NCBI GenBank assembly: GCA_964626665.1
Contig: CAZVGK010000006.1
Coordinates: 32,001 to 96,000, forward strand
Direction of reading: 5' to 3'
DNA from: an uncultured Gemmatimonadota bacterium
GTDB taxonomy: Bacteria; SM23-81; DAOVCL01
DNA: 64,000 nucleotides
Below, piece after piece: positions 1 through 9,133 of the stretch (positions are counted from its first letter, which is position 1; every line of letters begins with the position of its first letter). The position numbers and the translations under genes were made by a program. The notes under the pieces were generated by a model, which ran no database searches, was not told where the DNA came from, and saw only the letters and a list, made by a program, of their open reading frames with translations.

Positions 1-245
1 TTTTCAATCCCGACGATAGGTTCTAAGTAGCAGAGCCCTACACACCCCACTTCAATCAGATGGGCATCTATCTTCTTGGCTTCCAGCTCACCCCTAAAGG
101 CCTGCAGCACCTCCAGCGCTCCGGCTGCCCGCCCACAGGTTGCTGCTCCCACCAGCACTCGGGGTCTTCTGCTGTGATCTGCCTTCCATTGGGAGTTGAT
201 CTGTTCCCTTATCTTTCCCAGATTTTTTTCATTGGTTAGCGGCAT
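1..245 (-). CDS. NuoF/HydB-like flavoprotein subunit, N-terminal part (runs off window start)
   Basis: Not in ORF track. Manual translation from ATG at 245 gives MPLTNEKNLGKIREQ...VLVGAATCGRAAGALEV...EVGCVGLCYLEPIVGIE, the thioredoxin-like 2Fe-2S N-terminus also seen in the 5484..8651 protein; starts 3 nt after a NuoE-like gene. Confidence 0.8.
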   Translation of the reverse strand, partial: MPLTNEKNLGKIREQINSQWKADHSRRPRVLVGAATCGRAAGALEVLQAFRGELEAKKIDAHLIEVGCVGLCYLEPIVGIE

Positions 246-248
246 AGG

Positions 249-731
249 TCAATCGTATTTGTTAAGTATCTTCATTGCCTTGAAAGGGGTCATCTTTCCA
301 TAGACCTTGTCATCGACCACCACGACCGGGGCTAAGGCGCAACAGCCAAAGCAAGCAATCCTTTCCAGGCTGAACCTGCCATCTTCTGTAGTTCCTCCTG
401 GTTTTACCTGCAGTTCGTCCTGCACAAAATCGAGGATCCTGGCTCCCCCCCGCACATGGCAGGCCGTTCCCAGGCAGACCTTGATTGTGTGCCTTCCCGG
501 TTTGGTGAAGCGAAATTGGGAGAAGAAGGTGGCTACACCAAAGACCTCGCTTGCTGATAGCTTAAGATGGTCCGCTACCTGACCCACGGCCTCCTGGGAT
601 ATGTAGCCAAGCCTCTCTTGCACCTCCTGGAGAAGGGGGATTAATTCACTGTTTTCTCTCTTGTGCTTTGAGAGGATGTTCTTAAACCCCTCCTGCGGAG
701 ACTTTCCCTGTTTTATTGGGTGTTTAATCAT
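249..731 (-). CDS. nuoE: NuoE/HydC-family 2Fe-2S subunit
   Basis: LIPLLQEVQ...GVATFFSQF, CLGTACHVRG and ACFGCCALAP motifs. Symbol is family-level; context suggests a soluble HydABC-type complex rather than complex I. Confidence 0.9.
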   Translation of the reverse strand: MIKHPIKQGKSPQEGFKNILSKHKRENSELIPLLQEVQERLGYISQEAVGQVADHLKLSASEVFGVATFFSQFRFTKPGRHTIKVCLGTACHVRGGARILDFVQDELQVKPGGTTEDGRFSLERIACFGCCALAPVVVVDDKVYGKMTPFKAMKILNKYD

Positions 732-740
732 AGGTTGCTG

Positions 741-1193
741 TCAATCATAGGATAGGCGAGTCTTCTCATCCGCCAGTAGTGGCCCAATAATTTTCTGCCA
801 TTCTGGGGAGTCCCATGTCCCCAATTTTGTATGCACAGTGAAGTATTTCTGGGGAATTGGGTGCGTCCCCACAACCACCTCTATCCCATATTTTGCCTTA
901 ATGAATTCTTGAAAATAGGTTGTGTAGGGACAGGGGGGGTATCCGACAACCAGGCCGGTGGCCAGGTGAATCACCTGCACCCCATTTTTGGCCATCTCCT
1001 CGGGGGCATATTCAATGTTCCCCCCCGGGCAGCCGCCACAGGTTGTATATCCAACCAATTCCAACTCCTTGGCCTCTTTATAGATGCTAAATGCCCCTTC
1101 CCTATTCTGTAGAGATCTAAAACACTTGCCCCCAGCGCACATCCGGTAACGGTCACAGATGATAATCCCGATTTTAATTTTGTTTTTCATCAT
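741..1193 (-). CDS. CGGC domain-containing protein
   Basis: IGIIIC...CAGGKC, TCGGCPG, HLATG, CP and VVGTH motifs. Confidence 0.88.
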   Translation of the reverse strand: MMKNKIKIGIIICDRYRMCAGGKCFRSLQNREGAFSIYKEAKELELVGYTTCGGCPGGNIEYAPEEMAKNGVQVIHLATGLVVGYPPCPYTTYFQEFIKAKYGIEVVVGTHPIPQKYFTVHTKLGTWDSPEWQKIIGPLLADEKTRLSYD

Positions 1194-1328
1194 TGTCTCT
1201 TTCTATATAAAAATTGCGAAACGAAAAAATGCAAAGGGGAAAAGTAAAAATCATTATTGCTTCCTCTGTAAGGTAACATCTCGTCTGTCACTTTGCCTTT
1301 TTTCCCGATCTATCGGGACAATTTACCA

Positions 1329-1386
1329 TTGCTGGCTGCAAAACTTGACACAAAATTTAAGAAGTTGCCTTATGAAGCCAGCTAGT
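1329..1386. repeat. 58-bp MITE-like element, copy 1 (copy 2 at 48250..48307)
   Basis: TTGCTGGCTGCAAA...AAGAAGTTGCCTTATGAAGCCAGCTAGT with imperfect terminal IR (GCTGGCT/AGCCAGC); same length and ends at 48250. Confidence 0.7.
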
Positions 1387-1454
1387 ATGATTAGACCGAG
1401 CCAAAAGGCGAGACTATCTGTGTCAAAGGCACTTCTGCGACCCGTTTTTGTTTC

Positions 1455-1544
1455 ACTTAGCGTCTTGCGGGTATGAGAAGTCCAAGCGAAGCGAGGATTT
1501 GGGCGGAGTGCCGAAGGCACGAAGCCAGATAAGCCCTGTTATAA
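1455..1544 (-). mobile_element. attC-like integron cassette recombination site (degenerate)
   Basis: Minus strand just after the protease stop: TTATAAC-AGGGCTTAT...GTGCCTTCGGCAC...CCCAAATCC...ATACCCGCAAGAC-GCTAAGT. A near-complementary core GTTATAC lies upstream of the gene pair at 2209..2215. Confidence 0.6.
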
Positions 1545-1556
1545 GCCATTCCGCCG

Positions 1557-1955
1557 TCATTCCTCAAAATCAATCCACCCATTTCTTTCATCGAAGATTA
1601 TCCGAAATCTCTCAAATATGCCCATTCTTCCCATAAGCATCGGCACTTCTTCTACTAATGCCCACGCTATCCTTATTTTCAACCTTTTGCCATTCAACAG
1701 CAAAGTAACCCCTTTGAGAATATAGGGAACCCCTGCTCCTGAAACACCTTTAACCTCTTGAACGGCATCTTCTTTCTCCTGCTTAAAGCCAAGAGCTCTG
1801 CCAAAACGAAAGGGTATCATTGAAACATCAGCACCTGAATCTACGTACATTGGTATTTCCACAGCAAAACTATCCTTTTCCAAAATCACCTCTGCTACAG
1901 GGCGAAGAACAACCCCTAAAGTACTTCTTTCTTCTCTGAACCTTTGACGTATCAT
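1557..1955 (-). CDS. Retropepsin-like (clan AA) aspartyl protease family protein
   Basis: YVDSGADVS catalytic motif and C-terminal LMGRMGIF. Confidence 0.8.
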   Translation of the reverse strand: MIRQRFREERSTLGVVLRPVAEVILEKDSFAVEIPMYVDSGADVSMIPFRFGRALGFKQEKEDAVQEVKGVSGAGVPYILKGVTLLLNGKRLKIRIAWALVEEVPMLMGRMGIFERFRIIFDERNGWIDFEE

Positions 1956-2146
1956 AATACCAACATCCTTTCCTCAGGCACCTTTGCCACAAAGGGTCTT
2001 TCATGAGGATATTCTTGCCGTACTCTATCGAGCATTTGCTCAATATTCTCACCCTTTGCCACCACTTTGCCATTTACAATGATCACATACTTGTTCTCTA
2101 AACCTGTTTTATCGAGTGTTACATACACATCGAAATTCTTGCTCAT
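1952..2146 (-). CDS. DUF5678-like small protein
   Basis: KYVIIVNGKVVAKGEN motif; AAGGAGG RBS; ATGA overlap with the protease gene. Confidence 0.75.
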   Translation of the reverse strand: MSKNFDVYVTLDKTGLENKYVIIVNGKVVAKGENIEQMLDRVRQEYPHERPFVAKVPEERMLVL

Positions 2147-2221
2147 GGCTCTACCTCCTTTACATTAAGAATTGGCATCAAGCTTTTTAATACCAACGGT
2201 GGAATTGCGTATAACATCCTA

Positions 2222-2369
2222 TTACCATTTCCCATCCCTCAAATATTGATCAATTGCTACCTTCGCCACCTTGCCTACGCCTATAGTCAGGATCAGGGTT
2301 GCCGCCCCGGTGACGATGTCCCCTCGCAAATACCCTCCTCTTGCTGGTCTTCCCTCCCTTTTCGTTAGC
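2222..2369 (-). pseudogene. Frameshifted C-terminal remnant of a GltD/NfnB-type oxidoreductase
   Basis: Manual translation GKTSKRRVFA/(frameshift)/GDIVTGAATLILTIGVGKVAKVAIDQYLRDGKW* parallels TSILGVFSGGDVATGPATVIRAVAAGERGAVAIDQYLR in the 5484..8651 protein; no start codon. Confidence 0.75.
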
Positions 2370-2965
2370 TACCCTTCAATTTTGACCACAGGGAGATCCT
2401 CTTTCGATTTGACCTTAATCGTCTCTCTGTGGTCTCATTCTTGGGGGAAACCCAGGAGAGGAAATAAACCCAAAATATGCAGGAACCACAGATGAACACA
2501 GCGCGGCAAAGCCGCAATAAAACAATTCACCGCAAAGTCGCAAAGAACGCAGAGTTTAAAGAAAAAGACTCACCACGGATAAACACGGAGTAACACGGAA
2601 AGAAAATAGAGATTACCGTCAACTAATCGTTTTATTTCATTTCCCTTTTGCTTTTTATTTCCTCTGCGATCTTAGAGGCTTTGCGGTTGACACAAAAAAC
2701 TTTGCCAAAAAAACAAGATCTTGCAAGATTGTATTACAGATTTTCACAGATTATATAAGTATCTTCAAGAATATAGGCTTTCACCTTTTAAGTGGAAAAG
2801 GGGGTCAAACTCAATTTTTAAGAGCTCTTCGTTTAGAATATCTCGTGGTTTCCTAACGCATAATCTGGGATAAACTCTTCAGAACATCCCTCAACCCAAT
2901 ATTTCTCAGGCAGAATGTAAAACTTAAGGAGCTAAATATCAAGGGAAAATTTTCATAATCCCCCA

Positions 2966-2998
2966 TAAAAGCGAATGGCCTGAGGATTCAGGCCATTC
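2966..2998 (-). terminator. Probable intrinsic terminator after the glutamate synthase-family gene
   Basis: GAATGGCCTGA/TCAGGCCATTC stem followed on the minus strand by GCTTTTA. Confidence 0.55.
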
Positions 2999-3033
2999 TG
3001 GGAAATGGGATGGGCATTTGCGGGATTCAGTAG

Positions 3034-4614
3034 TTAGTCGTTGAGTATCTCCTCTGCCTCCCTTTTGTCTACATCCATAATATAGTGGATTCCGCTGATC
3101 TCTGCTGCTTCCTTAGTGAGGGCGGCGATGTCGTCCCGGGTGATATACTCCAGGGTAAACTTTCTCTCCCCAGCCATGATCTGCCGTAGGCCCTGGGATA
3201 ACCTTTGCATATAGGTGTAGAGCCCCAATGCCCCCGTAGGGATATCGTAGAACCTATCTCCCAATTGCTCCTTTAACTCTGGAGCAGAGATAAAGATCTC
3301 CTCGGCCTTTGTCCCGAACCTTTCGATATAAACCGGGACCTGACCTTCATCGATCCTCTTACCAATGGTCTTACCGACCATGGCAGCAGTGAGGGGCGCT
3401 CTGGCCATACCAATGAGCTTGAAGTAGGGAGCCCCTAAGGCCAGACCTTTAAAGATCTGATCTTCAAAGGCAAAGCCTCCGGCGATGGCGATGTCCGGCA
3501 CATACTTACCCTTCTTGGCAAGTTTGTCGACATACTGGTAGAGTAGCGAATGGAGTTCGATTCCTGGAACCCCCCATTCGTTCATCATCCGCCAGGGGCT
3601 CATCCCTGTTCCTCCACCGGCAGCATCTACGGTGAGAAGGTCGATCTTTCCCTCAGAGGCGAACTTCACTGCTCTGGCTAAATCCACAGGACGATAGGCT
3701 CCCGTTTTCAGGAAGACATACTTGGCCCCTCCCTCTCTAAGTTCCTGAACCCTCTTCAAGAAGCTCTCCTTCTCCACCATCCCTACCCGGGAATGCCTCT
3801 CAAACTCTTTGAAGCTTCCACTTTCAAAGGCCTTGATCACATTGGGATCCTCTGGATCGGGGAGAACGATATATCCCCTCTTCTTGAGCAACTGGGCCTT
3901 CTTGAGGTCCTTGATCTTGACCTCACCGCCGATGTCCTTGGCCCCCTGGCCCCATTTGAGCTCCACAGCCTCCACTCCGAGCTTTGAGATGGCATACTCT
4001 TGAACGCCGAGCTTGGTGTCTTCGATATTGGCCTGGACGATGATGGCCCCGTATCCGTCCTGCTGCCATTGCCTGTAGAGGTTGATCCTCCATTCAAGAT
4101 CGGGAGAGTGGACGATCTTACCGTTCTTTATTTCACTATCCACATCCATTCCGCAGACATTTTCCCCAATGGTCAAGGGAATCCCAGCAAGGGCCGCGCC
4201 AATGGCCAGCCCTTCCCAGTTGATTTTGGCGATGTTGGTAGAGCCCAATCCGGGAATAATTAAGGGAAGTTTCACTTTGATTCCCTTATCATGGCCAATG
4301 GCTGTTTCAATTTTGACATTTCGGAAAAGAGCCTTGTTGCTGTCGGCTTCGATACCATAAGCACCAGCGGCAGTGCCCAGGATGGTGAAATGGGAAAGAT
4401 CAACGGGGTATTCCTTTTCGCTAGCCGTGGTGATAATACCAAAGGGTTGAGGATAGATAACCTCTGTGCCCCTGTAGGCAGACTTGCCCACCTCACACAT
4501 CCCGATGCATCCGTCGACACAGGTTGTACAGAGACCGCTGAGCTTATTGATTGACTCATCCGTGCGATTCTTCGTCAGGGTGGCAGCGCTGGTGTTGATT
4601 CTTGAGTATGACAT
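3034..4614 (-). CDS. FMN-binding glutamate synthase family protein (stand-alone synthase domain)
   Basis: N-terminal CxxCxxxCxxxC, ELKWGQGAK and DAAGGGTGMSP motifs; no amidotransferase domain; GGAGG RBS. Confidence 0.9.
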   Translation of the reverse strand: MSYSRINTSAATLTKNRTDESINKLSGLCTTCVDGCIGMCEVGKSAYRGTEVIYPQPFGIITTASEKEYPVDLSHFTILGTAAGAYGIEADSNKALFRNVKIETAIGHDKGIKVKLPLIIPGLGSTNIAKINWEGLAIGAALAGIPLTIGENVCGMDVDSEIKNGKIVHSPDLEWRINLYRQWQQDGYGAIIVQANIEDTKLGVQEYAISKLGVEAVELKWGQGAKDIGGEVKIKDLKKAQLLKKRGYIVLPDPEDPNVIKAFESGSFKEFERHSRVGMVEKESFLKRVQELREGGAKYVFLKTGAYRPVDLARAVKFASEGKIDLLTVDAAGGGTGMSPWRMMNEWGVPGIELHSLLYQYVDKLAKKGKYVPDIAIAGGFAFEDQIFKGLALGAPYFKLIGMARAPLTAAMVGKTIGKRIDEGQVPVYIERFGTKAEEIFISAPELKEQLGDRFYDIPTGALGLYTYMQRLSQGLRQIMAGERKFTLEYITRDDIAALTKEAAEISGIHYIMDVDKREAEEILND

Positions 4615-4797
4615 CTCTCCTCCTTCTTCAAAGTAATGAGAATTGAGAATTGAGAAAAAATTAAAAGATTTTTGAATTTTTGCTACTCACTTCTGCTTCT
4701 TATTTTTCCCATATATGCTGTAAGCTATGTGTCTTTTTCCATATCTCTAAAACCTCAAAACTTTTTGTTTTCATTCTCGGTTTTTACTACTCAATTC

Positions 4798-5490
4798 TCA
4801 CTTCTGTTTCTTCTCTTCTGCCTCTTTTAGAAGACAGGCTGCACAGGGGTCCATAGAGCATTGAGCGTCCTCATATATATCAAGGCACGGGTAGCTCAAA
4901 TTTTGACAACCGCCGCAAAGGGTTGTGGGTGGTTGGGACCCCTGACACCTAAGCTGAACGACCGGACAGATGTACATACAGGCGCCACAGGTTCGGCAAA
5001 CATCCGACTTAATATCGAAAGGAGTGGCAATCTTCCTATCTTTCCCCCTGTTCACAAATCCTATTGCTTTTGCTCCCATCTGCTCCTCGCACATCCGAGT
5101 GCAAAGGCCGCAGAGGATACAGTCGTCATTTCTGGGTTTGAATCGAACCTTAGTTACCCCAAGTTTGGAGGCAAGATCCTGAATTGTCTTTGAGTTCGGA
5201 GAGGCGGCAACGAGAAGTTCTACCAGCATCTTCCGTGCCTTGATCACCCGCTTCGAATGGGTCCGCACCTCCAATCCTTCCTCTACCGGGTAGGTACACG
5301 AGGTTACCAATCGGCTTTTTTGAGGATCTGAGCCAATTTCTACCACGCAGAGCCTACAGGCTCCATAAGGGGAGAGTCCCTCGTGGTAACAGAGAGTGGG
5401 GATGGGAATTCCATAGAAGCGGCAAACCTCTAACAGAGTTTGCCCCTCTTCTGCCTGAACATCTATACCGTTCAATCTCAAATTTACCAT
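4798..5490 (-). CDS. NuoG/HydA N-terminal-like Fe-S subunit with Cys-rich tail
   Basis: IPTLC...GACRLCVVE...TSC, CILCGLCTRMC, CRTCGACMYICP. Start placed at ATG 5490 (MVNLRLNG), overlapping the upstream stop. Confidence 0.85.
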   Translation of the reverse strand: MVNLRLNGIDVQAEEGQTLLEVCRFYGIPIPTLCYHEGLSPYGACRLCVVEIGSDPQKSRLVTSCTYPVEEGLEVRTHSKRVIKARKMLVELLVAASPNSKTIQDLASKLGVTKVRFKPRNDDCILCGLCTRMCEEQMGAKAIGFVNRGKDRKIATPFDIKSDVCRTCGACMYICPVVQLRCQGSQPPTTLCGGCQNLSYPCLDIYEDAQCSMDPCAACLLKEAEEKKQK

Positions 5491-8400
5491 GTTTTTACTT
5501 CCTCGATGGCTTTCAGTGACTTCTCCCACTGATGAAATTTCTCCAAATCTACCTCCAGATCACACCGGAGACATCGTTTTGCCTCCTTCATAGCCATCTG
5601 TGCTGTGTATCCCAGATCCACTTCCTTGAAGTTGTCCTTCCTGGCGTCCACTGAAAGGGTAGGACCCTGGACCTGACCATAGGGCACGGGTTCGGCCTCC
5701 AGATCGTAGTAGGTATCTACATGTTTGGTGACCCTCCAAGGATACACTCGGGTCCTATCAGGTCTCAAGTACTGGTCAATGGCTACGGCTCCTCGCTCTC
5801 CTGCTGCCACAGCCCGGATGACCGTTGCTGGGCCCGTGGCCACATCCCCACCGGAGAAGACCCCAAGAATCGATGTCATCCCCCATTTATCAGTCTTGAT
5901 AGTGCCGTCCTTGTTCGTTACCACCTCCAGGCCGGTGAAAAGCTCCCTTATGTCCGCAAATTCCCCAATGGCAGGGATGACGGTGTCTACCTCCATCCGA
6001 TAGGTTTTGTCGGGTTGAGGGATCGGTCTCCTTCGACCACTGCTGTCAAACTCACCCAACCGCATGCGGACCACCTCAACCCCATTGACCCGATTTTCCC
6101 TCTCAATGATCTTCGTAGGAGCTACCAAGAACTCAAGCCTAACGCCTTCCTGAAGAGCCTGTTCAATCTCCTCTTCGAAGGCTGGCATTTCCTGTCGAGT
6201 TCGTCGGTAGAGAATCGTCACCTCCTCGGCGCCCAGTCGGAGTGCAGTCCGTGCTGCATCAATGGCCGTATTGCCTCCACCCACCACAACAATCCGCTTG
6301 CCCATCTTCACCCGCCGCTTCAAGTTTACATCCCGCAAGAAATCTACACCCTGTACTACCCCCCGAAGCTCCTCTCCGGGAATTCCCATTCTCCTATCCC
6401 CGTACATTCCCACAGCCACATAGAAGGCCTGGTATCCTTCATCGAAAAGCTCCAAGAGCTTCACATCCTTGCCGACCTGGGTGTATAAGTTGATCTCTAC
6501 CCCCATAGCCTCGATACGTTCAATCTCCTGTTGCACCACCCTCTTGGGGAGCCTATTTTCCGGGATAGCTATGGCCAGCATCCCGCCCGCCACAGGCAAT
6601 GCCTCAAAAACAGTCGGTTGGTAACCCAAACGGGCCAGAAAGTAGGCGCACGAGAGGCCAGCGGGACCTGCACCGACGATTCCCACTTTGTGGGGAAGCT
6701 TCTCCTTTGGGGTACCTCCCGGAGGAAGGATCAAATTCTCCTGTTCGTAGTCTCCGATGAACCGTTTCAACATCCGGATAGCCACAGGCTCATCAATCTG
6801 ATTCCGCCTGCACTTGGACATACAGGGATGGTCGCACACCCGACCACAGATTGAGGGAAAGGGATTGGTGTCCAGAGCCAGCTCGAGGGCCTCCTGGAAT
6901 CGCCCTTCCCCAATGAGTGATACATATCCAGGGACATTCATCCCAGCAGGACAGGCATTCTGGCAAGGAGAGATGAAGAGCTCCCGGCAGACACCAGCGG
7001 GACATTTCCGCTGCTTGATGTGGGCCTCATACTCGTCCCGGAAGTAACGCAAGGTAGAAAGCACAGGGTTTGAAGCTGTCTGCCCAAGGCCACACTGGGA
7101 GGTATCCTTGACCACCTGGGCCAGCTCTTCCAGAAGTTCCAGATCTCCTATCTTTCCCCTTCCCTCCGTGATGTCGGTGACGATCTCCAGCATCCGGCGA
7201 ATTCCCTCTCGACAAGAAAAACACTTGCCGCAGGATTCATCCTGGAGGAAATTCAGGAAGTACTTGGCCACATCCACCATACAGGTATCCTCATCCATGA
7301 CAACCATGCCACCAGATCCCATGATGGAGCCTGCCTCGGCCAGCTTCTCATAGTCTACCGGGAGATTCAGAAGATCCTTCGGGATACATCCACCAGAGGG
7401 TCCCCCTGTCTGAACTGCTTTGAATTGTTTGCCCTCGGGAATGCCACCGCCAATGTCGAAGATGATCTCCCCCAAACTCATCCCCATAGGTACTTCCACC
7501 AGACCGGTGTTGTTTATCTTGCCCACCAAGGAAAATATCTTTGTCCCCTTGCTCTTCTCCGTTCCAATGCTGGAGTACCAATCTGCCCCTTTAGTTATGA
7601 TCAGCGGCACATTGGCCCAGGTCTCTACATTATTGATGTTGGTTGGCTTGCCCCAAAGGCCCTTTATAGCCGGGAATGGTGGTCGCTGCCTCGGTTCTCC
7701 CCTTTTCCCCTCGATGGAGGCAATGAGGGCGGTTTCCTCACCACAGACAAAGGCACCTGCTCCCCTGCTTATCCGAATGTCAAAGTCAAAACCTGAGCCA
7801 AGGATATTTTTTCCTAACAGCCCGCATTCTCTGGCCTGTTCCAGAGCAATAGTCACATTCTTAACAGCCAGGGGATACTCATTCCGAACATAGATTATTC
7901 CCTCATTTGCACCAATGGCATAGGCTCCAATGACCATTCCCTCTAAGATGCTGTGCGGGTTTCCCTCCAAGAGGCTCCTGTCCATATAGGCGCCTGGATC
8001 TCCCTCATCTGCATTACAGATGATATATCTTTTGTCCCCTTTGGCCCTGCGGCAGAAGTCCCATTTGTATCCTGTGGGAAACCCAGCCCCTCCTCTTCCT
8101 CTTAGTCCGGATTTCTTCACCTCTTCTATGATTCCCTCTGGATTCATCTTACTAAGGGCCTTAGCCAACGCCTCATATCCTCCGACGGCTATATAATCTG
8201 TGATCTTAGTGGGGTCAACAAGGGGATTGTTACCAAGGATAAAACGCTGTTGTTTTCTATAAAAGGGTATCTCCTTCTCGTGGACAAACTTCTCTCCCGT
8301 GTTGGGGTCAGTGTAGAGCAGCCGTTCGATCACCTTTTTTCCCAGGACAGTCTTTGTTATAATCTCCCCTGCATCCTCTGGTTTTAAATGCACATAGAAG

Positions 8401-8651
8401 ATTCCCTCTGGCTGGAGGATCATATTGGGTTCAACTTGGCAAAAGCCGTGACAGCCCGTTACCTTGATGACGACCTTGTCCTCTAAATTGCGTCTTTTGA
8501 TCTCTTCCTTAAATGCCTGCACAACCTTGTCAGATCCTCGTGCCAGGCCACAGGTGCCTGAGGATATGGTAATGCAAGGGATTTGAGGAATCCCCTTGAT
8601 AATGGCTTCCCTTAGTTCCTCAAGTTGTTCGGGAGACGCTATCCTCTTCAT
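5484..8651 (-). CDS. NuoF/HydB-like FMN/NADH subunit fused to a GltD/NfnB-like FAD/NAD(P)H domain
   Basis: SGLRGRGGAGFPTG, CNADEGDPG, GAGAFVCGEETAL, ESCGKCFSCREG; then PCQNACP, CGRVCDHPC, GAGPAGL, GGGNTAID, EAKRCLRC. Confidence 0.93.
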   Translation of the reverse strand: MKRIASPEQLEELREAIIKGIPQIPCITISSGTCGLARGSDKVVQAFKEEIKRRNLEDKVVIKVTGCHGFCQVEPNMILQPEGIFYVHLKPEDAGEIITKTVLGKKVIERLLYTDPNTGEKFVHEKEIPFYRKQQRFILGNNPLVDPTKITDYIAVGGYEALAKALSKMNPEGIIEEVKKSGLRGRGGAGFPTGYKWDFCRRAKGDKRYIICNADEGDPGAYMDRSLLEGNPHSILEGMVIGAYAIGANEGIIYVRNEYPLAVKNVTIALEQARECGLLGKNILGSGFDFDIRISRGAGAFVCGEETALIASIEGKRGEPRQRPPFPAIKGLWGKPTNINNVETWANVPLIITKGADWYSSIGTEKSKGTKIFSLVGKINNTGLVEVPMGMSLGEIIFDIGGGIPEGKQFKAVQTGGPSGGCIPKDLLNLPVDYEKLAEAGSIMGSGGMVVMDEDTCMVDVAKYFLNFLQDESCGKCFSCREGIRRMLEIVTDITEGRGKIGDLELLEELAQVVKDTSQCGLGQTASNPVLSTLRYFRDEYEAHIKQRKCPAGVCRELFISPCQNACPAGMNVPGYVSLIGEGRFQEALELALDTNPFPSICGRVCDHPCMSKCRRNQIDEPVAIRMLKRFIGDYEQENLILPPGGTPKEKLPHKVGIVGAGPAGLSCAYFLARLGYQPTVFEALPVAGGMLAIAIPENRLPKRVVQQEIERIEAMGVEINLYTQVGKDVKLLELFDEGYQAFYVAVGMYGDRRMGIPGEELRGVVQGVDFLRDVNLKRRVKMGKRIVVVGGGNTAIDAARTALRLGAEEVTILYRRTRQEMPAFEEEIEQALQEGVRLEFLVAPTKIIERENRVNGVEVVRMRLGEFDSSGRRRPIPQPDKTYRMEVDTVIPAIGEFADIRELFTGLEVVTNKDGTIKTDKWGMTSILGVFSGGDVATGPATVIRAVAAGERGAVAIDQYLRPDRTRVYPWRVTKHVDTYYDLEAEPVPYGQVQGPTLSVDARKDNFKEVDLGYTAQMAMKEAKRCLRCDLEVDLEKFHQWEKSLKAIEEVKTW

Positions 8652-8654
8652 TTT

Positions 8655-9131
8655 TTACTCTCTTCCTAAGAGTGAAACGACCTTTTGGGTGCTCATTTGC
8701 CCATAATAGGTGCCGTCTTTGACCACAATTGGCCCAATGGCACAACATCCCAGGCAGTTGACGGTCTCCAGGGTATATTCTCTGTCTTGGGTTGTCTCTC
8801 CCGGTTTAATTTTCAGCTTTCTCTGCAGTTCATCCACGATCCGAGGACTACCTCTCACATGACAGGCAGTGCCAAGGCAGACGGTTATTAGGTGTTTCCC
8901 CCTCGGTTTGAGACTGAAGGACTTATAAAAAGTGACTACCCCATAAACATCAATCAGAGGAAGTTCCAACCCTTCGGCAACCCTACGGATAACCTCCCGG
9001 GGAAGCCAGTTATACAAGGCTTGAACATCTTGCAGAATGGGAATGAGAAATTCCTTTCTCCTGCCGTAGGAACTCAATACCGCATCAACTTGCTTGAGAT
9101 CAATTTCCATAGTAGGTTCTTTCTGAAGCAT
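8655..9131 (-). CDS. nuoE: NuoE/HydC-family 2Fe-2S subunit
   Basis: LIPILQDVQ, CLGTACHVRG, NCLGCCAIGP; family-level symbol; start could be the ATG at 9110. Confidence 0.9.
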   Translation of the reverse strand: MLQKEPTMEIDLKQVDAVLSSYGRRKEFLIPILQDVQALYNWLPREVIRRVAEGLELPLIDVYGVVTFYKSFSLKPRGKHLITVCLGTACHVRGSPRIVDELQRKLKIKPGETTQDREYTLETVNCLGCCAIGPIVVKDGTYYGQMSTQKVVSLLGRE

Positions 9132-9133
9132 TT

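Noticed and set aside
2367-2480. Minus-strand frame with in-frame TGA (possible selenoprotein) ending ETIKVKSKEDLPVVKIEG*
   Set aside because: No start/RBS, no redox motif around the TGA and no clear SECIS; at most another gene remnant.
5721-6488. Long antisense and alternate-frame ORFs (also 16543..17178, 59580..60152 and others)
   Set aside because: They overlap well-supported genes and show no motifs; shadow ORFs.
249-9131. Respiratory complex I or [FeFe]-hydrogenase operon
   Set aside because: No membrane Nuo subunits and no H-cluster motifs in the window; only soluble E/F/G-like modules.
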